Positions 1 to 10,000 of a DNA stretch of 64,000 nt are shown here, piece after piece. The notes under the pieces were generated by a model. That model was not told the DNA's origin, searched no databases, and saw only the letters and a list, made by a program, of their open reading frames with translations. Source of the DNA: Antedon mediterranea (lineage: Eukaryota > Animalia > Echinodermata). Each line of letters starts with the position of its first letter. The first letter of the stretch is position 1. A program made the position numbers and the translations under genes. The stretch is from positions 25,804,070 to 25,868,069 of the forward strand of contig NC_092671.1 in the NCBI RefSeq assembly GCF_964355755.1. The letters are read 5' to 3'.

Positions 1-415
1 TTATTAACTAGGCCTAATGGTATTAGGCCAGTTTTACCGGCGTTCATTGTGTAGTGGGCCGAATACTAATGGTTGATTAAATTAGGATTAGATGGATACT
101 AAAACGTTATGAGAGCCGGTAGCATAATCTATTTTTGTTGCCTATATGTATACGTGTTTGGTTTTTTTTATTTGTGTTATTTTTTGAATGACAACAATAA
201 ACTATACCCAACTACTACCTATCTGTCTGTATGGCTGTTCGTCTGTCTGTCTATCTGTCAATAATATGTATGTATGTCCGTCTATCTGTCTACACACACA
301 CGCACACAAACTACTTTTCATTCATGTTATTCACCTACTGTATTAGTTTATAGAACATACTTGACGTGCATTACAAAACATCAAACTTTATTCTTTTTTC
401 CTTTTATATATACAG

Positions 416-468
416 ATCAGTCTAAGATGGCATTCAACTCGTTTGTCGAAGACGAAGATCAATTCTAG
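416..468 (+). CDS. Possible terminal coding exon of an upstream gene (..DQSKMAFNSFVEDEDQF*)
   Basis: Pyrimidine tract + TACAG acceptor ending at 415, open frame to TAG at 466-468, AATAAA at 481. No homology recognised. Confidence 0.35.
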
Positions 469-2173
469 GCAGGATATTCCAATAAAAAAACATCAAAACA
501 AGTGAAGTGAATTTATGGCAAATAGAATGTTATGAGTTTTGTTGACGTAGGTTGGGTATTGGAACGTGAGCCTATTCATTTCTGTATTCGAACCAGGGCA
601 AAGTGTTATAATGATTAATGATTAATTGTTACAAAAGGCATATAGAACGGTATACAAACATATTAAAGCGGAAGATACGTATTTAACTAATTGTTTATCA
701 TACAGAGCTAGCTGTGTTGTCTACGTTTACACTGAGGCTACCGGAGAAAAAGTCATCATCGTTACGTTTTTTCACCACTAATGTACGTTTAGACTCAGTG
801 TGAAACACTACACCCATGTTCACGCCACCGGGCCATAATCAGAAGCTCAGTGTGAACGAATGAAATTCTGTTCAATAAACACAATTTTACTCTTAGTTTG
901 TTAAACAGAGCCAATTCATAATTGTTAGGTCAGCTTTAATTTTTTAAACGGGTCAGTGGCCGAAGTTTTATTTTTTAAGGATAACGATAAAGAAAAGTAT
1001 TTGTGTTGTAAACATTAGGCCATGTGTATTGTATCTTATATAGGCCTAAGTGTTTTATAAAAGCACTCCCGGCCAACTTTGAATAGGTATTAGACCTAGG
1101 CCTTAAATGGTATACAATGTGAAGATATGTATCTTCAGAGTCCTTAAAGTGTCTATAGATACCATATTATAATAGGGCTTATTTCAGTTGTCTCATTTGT
1201 TTTGTGTCACATCTGGCTGAATTGAAAATATTTTTACAGTAGTAAACTTTATGTGAATTTTTCATTATGAATGCAATAAAAAAAATTGAATTTGCCATGC
1301 CAATTTATGTTTAGCATTCTAGAAATATGTTTGTGAAATCATAAACCAGTTACTATTATTATACAAAATACAATACAGTGAATTTCTATGTTATCTTACT
1401 TTTTTCTCTCATTTTCTATAAGAGAACAATTTAAGAAATGGGTTTAATTTAAGATTATGTTTCGATGGGTAAAATACTTATTTTATACAAGGAATAGGTG
1501 AAACTTTCAAATAAAATATAGTATTAAAATATCTATAATTTCAAACAAAACTTGTTGTTTTCGACCCTGTGTTCTCTTCGCTGTTCTAGTTTAAAGAGAT
1601 ACACATTTATTTAATTTGTTCAAGAAAACCTGTATATTAGTAAAAGAAGAGAAACGAAAAATGTAAACATCCAAATAAAAACAATACCGTACATGACAAG
1701 ATTGAATACAACGTCGAAAACATTCTTAGACAGTTCTATTGTTTATATGCTGTAGATAATAAGTAATATATGTTCGTTTGTTCAGTGGGTGGTATTTTTC
1801 CAATAATAGTTAATAGACGCCGTTGTAATTGCATTCAACGAATTAATGACAATGACTGCTTAAATGCATGTTTCGTCTTCTACTTTTGAGGTTGTTTAAA
1901 GAGTGGAATGAATGGTGTGAGATGAAGTAACACCCTTTTGTTAATCGGAACTTATCTCAGGTGAGCTAATTTCCCAACATAAACAATACTATTATTGTTA
2001 AGTATTTCATCATTGTCAGGTATGGCCTACAGTTTAATAATGGCCATAATGAACAAATTATCACTGACGTCATTCACGGCTTATGGTTGCAGTTGGGCCA
2101 TGGTTGGTCTAAGCAAAATTAAATATCATCTTATGTAAGGACCGCGTTCTTGTTGCGGTGGTCGATATTCCTA

Positions 2174-2284
2174 ATGCTTGGTTCGGCAGAACGTAATGCA
2201 ACGTAAGTATCACAAGCGATGGATTATTCGAACTGTCGGCTTGTCATTGGTCAATACGCTTGCGTCCTAGTGGGAACCAAGCTT
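2174..2284. mobile_element. MITE, AAGCTTGGTTCCCAC-terminus family (degenerate copy)
   Basis: Ends in GTGGGAACCAAGCTT; core AAGCGATGGATTATTCGAAC..GCTTGTCATTGGTCAA shared with copies at 57855 and 60216; flanked by TA. Confidence 0.65.
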
Positions 2285-2803
2285 TAGGTAGAAGCTGGGG
2301 TGCGCTGCGGTGGCGTTTACTGATTTTGACCAATAAGGAGAGAACCCTATTCTTACGCATTTACGTATCTATATTCACAATAACATTGAAAAAAATATAT
2401 GAGCGCATTCATGTTTCTTTGAATAATAAAAATAGTTTGTTTGTCTTGAATGTTATCATTAAATGAAGTATATTTATTTTTTGTAGAATCCAAATGAAAT
2501 GACGTGTCTATTTTTAAATAGGGAAATATTTTAAATTGCATGGATTCGCACCTCCCTGCTATGACTGCTCGGTATTTATCGGTTCTGATGTTTTATTAAG
2601 AAGTTACTGCAATCTAGGTTAGAGAAAACTGCATTTCGACCTAATACTATATTTGGTAAAATTATAAATATTTTGGTACGCAAGACGTTTCATATGTATA
2701 ATTCTTTGGAGCAAGTCTGTGCGATTTCGCTAGGAGGGCGCTAAACATGAATTAGTGATAATATAAGTAGTTCTTTGATAGTAAACCAATAAAACTTACG
2801 TTG

Positions 2804-2847
2804 GCAAGACAGTTTCGTCTAGCTGTCAGCTTGACTTCTTCAGTTGC
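2804..2847 (-). ncRNA. Minimal type I hammerhead ribozyme in PLE 3' UTR
   Basis: Minus strand reads GCAA-CUGAAGA-A-GUC(AAGCUGACAGCUA)GAC-GAAA-CUG-UC-UUGC: conserved core, helix I GCAA/UUGC, helix II GUC/GAC, vestigial helix III, GUC cleavage triplet; just after the ORF stop, as is typical for PLEs. Confidence 0.85.
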
Positions 2848-2856
2848 TATGATGCG

Positions 2857-4971
2857 TTATGGCGCCGATTGGTCTCCTTTCCAGCCACTAGATGATTTTG
2901 TTGTGTAGCCTAGGGGACCAGTCGTCGTCAGAAGCTGATCGTAAATGTGAGATAGTTGGTGCGCGCCTTCGTCTCTATTCATCTTTGTATTTTTATTTTG
3001 CTTTCTTATGCTGATGCTTTCTTTAATTTTACGTTTAAGCCAAACTTGTTCTTTGTGTAGTACCTCTATCTTATCCCAGTTAGGTATGTGGTTGTGTGTG
3101 GTCATATGGTCCGTGATTGCTGATTTATGTAAAATGGAGGACGAAACTTTCCGTGATGCACGCGTCTGCATGTTCTGTGTGTTTTCCTCAACATCTTTCT
3201 TGTGCTCTTTAATTCTGGTTTTGAGTGCCCTACCCGTTTCCCCAATATACACCATCTCACAGTTGGTGCACCCCACTTTGTAGACGACACCACAGGAATC
3301 CTCTTTGCATGCTTTATCTTTCGGTCGGACGATTAAGTTTTTAATTTTGTTAGATGGTTTAAAGTATGTTCGTATGTTATATTTTTTAAATGTTCTCTTG
3401 ATTTTCTCTGACAGGCCTTGAATATATGGGATGGATATCGACCCTCTTATATCTTCTGTTTCGGGTTGTTTGTCCGTTTTTTGTTTATCTAGGTTACGTT
3501 GTACCTTTCTAATCGTCCATGTAGGGTAGTTGCATTGTTTAAGTAAAGTATGTATCATCTCAGTTTCGTTCTGTTTGTCTGGATTATTTTTGATTATCGT
3601 GTTACATCTGTGTAGAAGTGTGCGGATAACGGATAACTTGTGTTGTAGAGGATGATGTGAGTTAAAGTCCAAGTATTGATTTGTGTGGGTGGCTTTCCTA
3701 AAAACTTTAGTGTTGATGTTGCCTTCCCCATCAACTAGAATTAGCGTATCCAAGAATGGGATAGAGTTGTCTGTTAAGGACATTTCTTCGCAAGTGAAAT
3801 TAATGTCATCATCGATTTTGTTTAAGTGTTGTAATAATGGTTGTGTCGCATCCTTGGGAATTATTGTTATAATGTCATCTACATACCTTTTCCACATCCT
3901 CGGTTTTATGTCGGTGTGAGCTGTAGTTATTGCCTCATTTTCCAGCCATTCCATAAATAAATTCGCAACAATCGGAGAACATGGACTACCCATGGCCATA
4001 CCTGAATTTTGCTGGTAGATATCCCCTCTGAAGCTGAAATATGTGGTGGTGAGGACCAATTGAAGCAATTCCATAATGTCGTTGATATGTAACCACGTTC
4101 TCTCTGATAGTTGTTTATCACAGTGTAAGCGTTCTTCAATTATTTTGAGGGACTTGTTGACTGGTGTTTTGGTAAATAATGACACTACATCATAAGAGAC
4201 CAATGTTTCATTTGGCTGTAACTTAATGTCCTTTATGTCATTGACAAATTCAAGCGAATTGGTAACATGATGGATGCTGTTTCCAACTAGTGGTACGAGA
4301 ATGTCGGCTAAGCTTCGTGACAAATTGTACATAATGGATCCCGTATAATCGACTATGGGACGTAACGGATTATTCATTTTATGGATTTTTGGTGTGCAGT
4401 AAATTCTTGGTGTGATGTCCGACGTGGGGTACAAGTAGTGTTTTTGTTTGACAGTGATTTTCTTTTCTTTGAGGAGTCTCGTGATTACAGTGATAAGTTT
4501 TTTCTTGTAGGATGAGGTAGGATTTTTCTTTAATAGCGTGTATGTATCAGTATCTGAAAGCATGTTTCTCACTTTCTCATCATATTCTTTAGTGTTCAGA
4601 ATTACTGTGGCCCTACCTTTATCGGCCGGTAATACCATAATGGTTTTATCTTTCGCGATGTTGTTCAAAGCCTGCATCTCTTCTTTGGTTACATTCGGAG
4701 TCGGAGGTTTAGTAGATTTAATTAGGCTTACCATCTTCCCTCGAAGTTGATCTTTTTCTATTTCCGGTAAAAGATTGCATGCTGATTCCGTGGCAACGAT
4801 CAGTTCTTCAGTAGGGTGGTTAGGTTTCGTAATCGCGTAGTTTAAGCCTTTGGTAAGTACATAGTTCTCAGTATGTGTTAGCCGTCTGTTGGATAAGTTA
4901 ATAACCCACTTTTTTCGTTGTGATCCTGTAGATTGCAAACCATCTGTATTCTTTTTGTCCCTTATGTTCAA
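2857..4971 (-). CDS. PLE reverse transcriptase + GIY-YIG endonuclease (704 aa, N-terminus probably truncated)
   Basis: Motifs WVINLS..KGLNY, PADKG, PKIHK..PLRPIV, SYDVVSLFT, GMAMGSP.SP, RYVDD, PFLD; C-terminal GVVYKVGC..C..VYIGETGR...RIKEH; no internal stops. Confidence 0.93.
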   Translation of the reverse strand: MNIRDKKNTDGLQSTGSQRKKWVINLSNRRLTHTENYVLTKGLNYAITKPNHPTEELIVATESACNLLPEIEKDQLRGKMVSLIKSTKPPTPNVTKEEMQALNNIAKDKTIMVLPADKGRATVILNTKEYDEKVRNMLSDTDTYTLLKKNPTSSYKKKLITVITRLLKEKKITVKQKHYLYPTSDITPRIYCTPKIHKMNNPLRPIVDYTGSIMYNLSRSLADILVPLVGNSIHHVTNSLEFVNDIKDIKLQPNETLVSYDVVSLFTKTPVNKSLKIIEERLHCDKQLSERTWLHINDIMELLQLVLTTTYFSFRGDIYQQNSGMAMGSPCSPIVANLFMEWLENEAITTAHTDIKPRMWKRYVDDIITIIPKDATQPLLQHLNKIDDDINFTCEEMSLTDNSIPFLDTLILVDGEGNINTKVFRKATHTNQYLDFNSHHPLQHKLSVIRTLLHRCNTIIKNNPDKQNETEMIHTLLKQCNYPTWTIRKVQRNLDKQKTDKQPETEDIRGSISIPYIQGLSEKIKRTFKKYNIRTYFKPSNKIKNLIVRPKDKACKEDSCGVVYKVGCTNCEMVYIGETGRALKTRIKEHKKDVEENTQNMQTRASRKVSSSILHKSAITDHMTTHNHIPNWDKIEVLHKEQVWLKRKIKESISIRKQNKNTKMNRDEGAHQLSHIYDQLLTTTGPLGYTTKSSSGWKGDQSAP

Positions 4972-4985
4972 TTGTATATCTAACT

Positions 4986-5693
4986 TCCCATATATTCAAG
5001 GCCTGTCAGAGAAAATCAAGAGAACATTTAAAAAATATAACATACGAACATACTTTAAACCATCTAACAAAATTAAAAACTTAATCGTCCGACCGAAAGA
5101 TAAAGCATGCAAAGAGGATTCCTGTGGTGTCGTCTACAAAGTGGGGTGCACCAACTGTGAGATGGTGTATATTGGGGAAACGGGTAGGGCACTCAAAACC
5201 AGAATTAAAGAGCACAAGAAAGATGTTGAGGAAAACACACAGAACATGCAGACGCGTGCATCACGGAAAGTTTCGTCCTCCATTTTACATAAATCAGCAA
5301 TCACGGACCATATGACCACACACAACCACATACCTAACTGGGATAAGATAGAGGTACTACACAAAGAACAAGTTTGGCTTAAACGTAAAATTAAAGAAAG
5401 CATCAGCATAAGAAAGCAAAATAAAAATACAAAGATGAATAGAGACGAAGGCGCGCACCAACTATCTCACATTTACGATCAGCTTCTGACGACGACTGGT
5501 CCCCTAGGCTACACAACAAAATCATCTAGTGGCTGGAAAGGAGACCAATCGGCGCCATAACGCATCATAGCAACTGAAGAAGTCAAGCTGACAGCTAGAC
5601 GAAACTGTCTTGCCAACGTAAGTTTTATTGGTTTACTATCAAAGAACTACTTATATTATTATACGAATCGAAACCAGAAGAAATGTTTTCATT
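4986..5693 (+). repeat. Inverted pseudo-LTR of the PLE (copy of GIY-YIG region + 3' UTR + ~34-bp extra tail)
   Basis: Reverse complement of 2759-3431, translating to the same C-terminal peptide; 5660-5693 is extra sequence absent from the other arm. Confidence 0.93.
5570..5613 (+). ncRNA. Minimal hammerhead ribozyme, second copy (in inverted pLTR)
   Basis: GCAA CTGAAGA A GTC AAGCTGACAGCTA GAC GAAA CTG TC TTGC read directly on + strand. Confidence 0.85.
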
Positions 5694-6930
5694 ATGAATT
5701 AGTGAATCTTTGCAGTAAATTGTGTCTTGCTATGTGATTGGTTGAAGTTTCCTGAATACCTAATGACGCTACGTTAAAATTAACCAATCAATGACATGGA
5801 CACATTTAGGCCGCTATAATAATAGTAATATTGTATAATGTAATATGGCCCCTTGATTGTCAGCATATGCAGTTTATGGTCACCCTCTATAAATAAGATT
5901 AAATAAAAAATAAAATATCGGAGAATTTAAATTTCACTGGTAAGGACGGGAACCAGGACGGGTTTCCATTTATACGACCTAAAAATTAAACATTGGACAA
6001 GTATTCAGTTTCGTATCACATTTCCATTTAATATATATGTACAATATTTATATACACAGAGATAAATAAACTTTCTATTATTATACAAATTGTATCTTTC
6101 ATTAATCTCTTTTTGTATTAAAAATGTAATTTACTAAAAAACAAGATTTAAAAAAAAAATGTTATCATTTGAGAATTACATGATATTTAAATGAAATACA
6201 ACTACTGTAATTTATGGTAGATCTATTCATGTGGTATAGATGTTATTTTCATTATAATGTAACTGGTAATATTCAGTTTCTTTAGATTGCCAAAGTGATC
6301 CTAAAGAGCACTCTTCATCATTATTTCATTGGAAACATATATAAGCCAACATGTTTCAGTAGATATCCGAACTTTGCGGATATCTCTCTTTTTTTTAAAT
6401 TACTTATCCGCATTTAGTAATTGTTGTGTGGATAACTAACTTGTCAAAGTGATGAGTTCATGTCTAGTTTAAATTGAATTCTTAATGAGAGTACAAGCAA
6501 CTACACATATAACTTAATAGCTGCTAATCAGTAACCTGGTAGAAAACAGTGTTCAATATACGTTTACTGCATCATTCTTGTGTCAGCGGTTCCCACTTGT
6601 GATGCATAAGCTTAGGTTTTCTGCTTCGACACAATGTGTTTATGTCCTTGTGTTGCGTATAGTGCGAACCAAGCTTCAGTGCATGTTTTGTAGGAATGAA
6701 ATAAAAATGTTTTTGAAAATCCTCCAAAAACCCTAGAAAGCTAAGTTTATACCTTCAATTAAACCACTTGAGTGAATTCTAGTAACTGGTCTCTGATTAG
6801 AATCAAGTTAAATAATAATAAGAATATTTTTTGTCCATCCATTCAATGATTTTTAAATAAATCATTATTCATTTATGTATAAAATGTACTATTGATTTTC
6901 TAGAGAAATTTGTCCCTTTTCCCAAACTTG

Positions 6931-7035
6931 TTATTTTCTAAAAGATGTGTGACCTCTGTGAGGGAGATTAGTCGACTGTTCATCCGTTTTAAACCTTCCA
7001 GAGAGTTTGTTAGCAAGATTGCAGATTATGGCAGC
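6931..7035 (-). CDS. KRIT1: KRIT1 last coding exon (AAIICNLANKLSG..SFRK*)
   Basis: TTTTTCAG acceptor, 35 codons including TAA; matches FERM F3 terminal helix. Confidence 0.88.
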   Translation of the reverse strand, partial: AAIICNLANKLSGRFKTDEQSTNLPHRGHTSFRK

Positions 7036-10000
7036 CTGAAAAAAATAATAAGTACATGAAAAATAGCGTTGCTATTATTATTATTATAATAATAAATTGT
7101 ATTATTCAGGATAGAAAAGTCTAGAAAACAAAAATATTTATTTTACAAAGTTGATAAAAAGGATAGAGAAATTCAAAATAAGAAAAGACTCATTACAAAA
7201 CAATAAAGTAATAAGAAGTTGATGGAAAAATATGCACAGATTGGGATTTAAACAAGGATTTGAACTAGGCCCTGAGATTTGGTGAACAAATATAAAGCAC
7301 CAAGCTATAGTGCCATTATTCCAAGAATTATAATATTTTAAATTGGCTTATTCTGGAAGTCAGAGCTTCTTACCTGTTTAGTCTTCACAATGAGTGAATG
7401 GCTACCAGAGCTATCACGATACTTAAGATGGAATGACTTCATATCAGATGAACAGTTCCATGAGCTGGCTTGCTCATATGGACAACTTGATAGTAAAACC
7501 TAAAATGAGAAGGTAAAAATTTAATTACAACTCTCAAGTAGGTATATTTTAACAAAATATTGTTTAGTTTGTACATGTACTGTACAAGGTGTTTTGCCGA
7601 GTCTTTACTGGAATGGCCACCATGAACAAAAAACAATTCACTTTTTAGTCCAGATCCAGATGTTCCTTAATTTCAAATACAACAACTTTATTTAACCACG
7701 GAGGCCCAGATCAACACATGGTTGTTCTTACCTGGAGCCGTGCAGAATCAAAGACACATAAAGATACAATGCTCGAAATAGAGATAGGCGTAAACAACAG
7801 GGGGCTTCAGGCCTATATAATTGACCACCCTTGAAACCCAGAAAATAGATGATTTAATAAGTGAGTGAGGAAAACAGGAGAAAAACTTGATATTTTATAC
7901 AAACCTTGCTGATTGCATTGATGACATGAATGCCTCTACAATTGGTACCTACAAACACTGCAACTGGGGGTCGCTGTGTCCCCCCAGTACGAGATGCACC
8001 CATTTGAGCAAATCCAAAGAAGAATGCTGATCCATAGATTACAAATGATCTACATTTTTCAAGGTACATTAATTGAAGTTTCTGCAAAAAAAAAACCAAT
8101 ACATTATTAATAAGAATGCCTTGAAATCTTTCATTTTCAGTATTAAAGTTTGTTTTGAATTGGACGCAATGCAATTGAGTTGACCAATCACAAGCGACAG
8201 TTCAGATGATCCATCGCATCATGATTGGTCAAACAACTTGCAGTGAGTACATTCTCACAGTGTTTAAATTGAAATTTCAACTTTACTTCATGCAAATGAG
8301 ATGAATTACAGAAAGTTCAGACCAATCAATAACCATATTCAGTTATTTTAAATAAATCATTTTTAATTTCAATTATTAAGTGTTTTCCACATTTTCATTT
8401 CTTTGTTTTATTTTGCATTTTAATTACACTTATTTTGCATTTTAATTCCACTTATTTTCTAGGGTAAAGATGAGATAAACTATTTCAACTAACTTTCAAA
8501 CTAATTCATTGTGCGCTTACAGGGATATTGAGACATGTTTCATCACTCCCTATCTCAACACATATTTTGATGCTTTCTATGTCCAGGCATTGACTAATGA
8601 CATGATTGCCATGACCTAGTAAGATGGTCAGTCATAGTAAATCAAAAGCTTCTCAATAAATGTTATTGAACTTGCATGCATTAGACACTCACCATGATAT
8701 CTCTCACTCCTTTACTTGTAATGTTCTTGTGTTCTGTTGAAATTCTTTGAGCCCAGTTGGAAGTTTTAGTTGCTGGGGCCTTAGCTTCTAACTTAACCCC
8801 TGGTATAAAATGCCTTAAGTTTATATTGCTGAGGAAAAAGAAATATAAAGGTTTCTTAAATGATAATCATATTGAACTACTGCTTTTGCCTCGCAATGCA
8901 TTTCCAGTATTCATGCAAGTAATAATAGACAGGTTCCATTTCTCAAAAAACGGCCTAGAAAACGAATCAAGAAGCATTTTTGGGTAGAAGCTGGGATCCA
9001 CTTGATTTAGGATATTTCGACCTCGCTGATTACGAATATGGCGGATCCCAAGCGAAATTCGGCCATCTAAGCCCTTAATTTGCATAATTAAAAATGGCGG
9101 CCATTTTTTATAATTACCCTATATCTCGAGAACCACTAGTCACAGATAATTAATTTTGGTGTCAAAATGTTTTAAATATATGTTTTTATATTCACTTTAA
9201 TGACACTTTTTCTCAAAAAATTGATGCAAGTTGTATTTCTGACATTTTGACCTTTGACCTTGATTTATCGTATCTCAGTAACCAATAATCGGAGAGACAC
9301 GAAATAGGGCTCAAATTGTTCAGAAACTATACATTCATATTTATTATAATGAAATGTTTTTACAAAAAATGGCCGATTCTACAACTATTGACCTTTGAAC
9401 TATTAGTCAAATATAATAATAATATAACTTTGAAAATTGTGGTCTTATGAATTTTTTTTTCTTTTTAAATTGTTTAAAACATGTGACGTGTTTCTATCCA
9501 TTCTAATGGAATATTTTGTACAAGAATGGCCGATAGTATGGTTATTGACCTTTTAACTACAGCATAGGCCTACTGTATACTAAATATAATATAATTGCAT
9601 AACTATGAAATTATTTATACACAATAACAATTAGTAAAATTATAAAATTCACTGCCATCAAATATGATGTGTTATTATTTATATAGATTTAAAAAGGAAT
9701 TTGAATACGCAAGTTACATTTTTTGAAATTTGAAATTTGAAATTACCTGCCATCAATATGATGGAGTGTGCTTATAGATTTTCTAAAATGTGAACATGTC
9801 AGCTACATTTGGAAATTACCTGCCATCAATATGATGGATTATGATTATAGATTTAAATAAGAATTTGAACACGTAAGCTACATTAGAAAATTACCTGCCA
9901 TCAATATTATGGATTATGATTATAGAATTAAAAAAGAATTTGAACACGTCAGCTACATTTGGAAATTGGGAAATTACCTGCCATCAATATGATGGATTAT

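Larger units (their letters stand above)
2759..5693 (-). mobile_element. Penelope-like retroelement (EN+, Penelope/Poseidon type), 5'-truncated, with inverted pseudo-LTR
   Basis: RT + GIY-YIG ORF on minus strand; 2759-3431 repeated inverted at 4986-5659; whole unit flanked by direct repeat ATGAATTAGTGA (2747-2758, 5694-5705). Confidence 0.95.

Noticed and set aside
3008-4750. Short ORFs overlapping the PLE ORF
   Set aside because: Antisense or alternate-frame shadows of the RT ORF.
4889-5560. Independent 223-aa GIY-YIG nuclease gene
   Set aside because: It is the inverted pLTR; its first ~32 aa are antisense PLE sequence across the junction and it has a non-ATG start.
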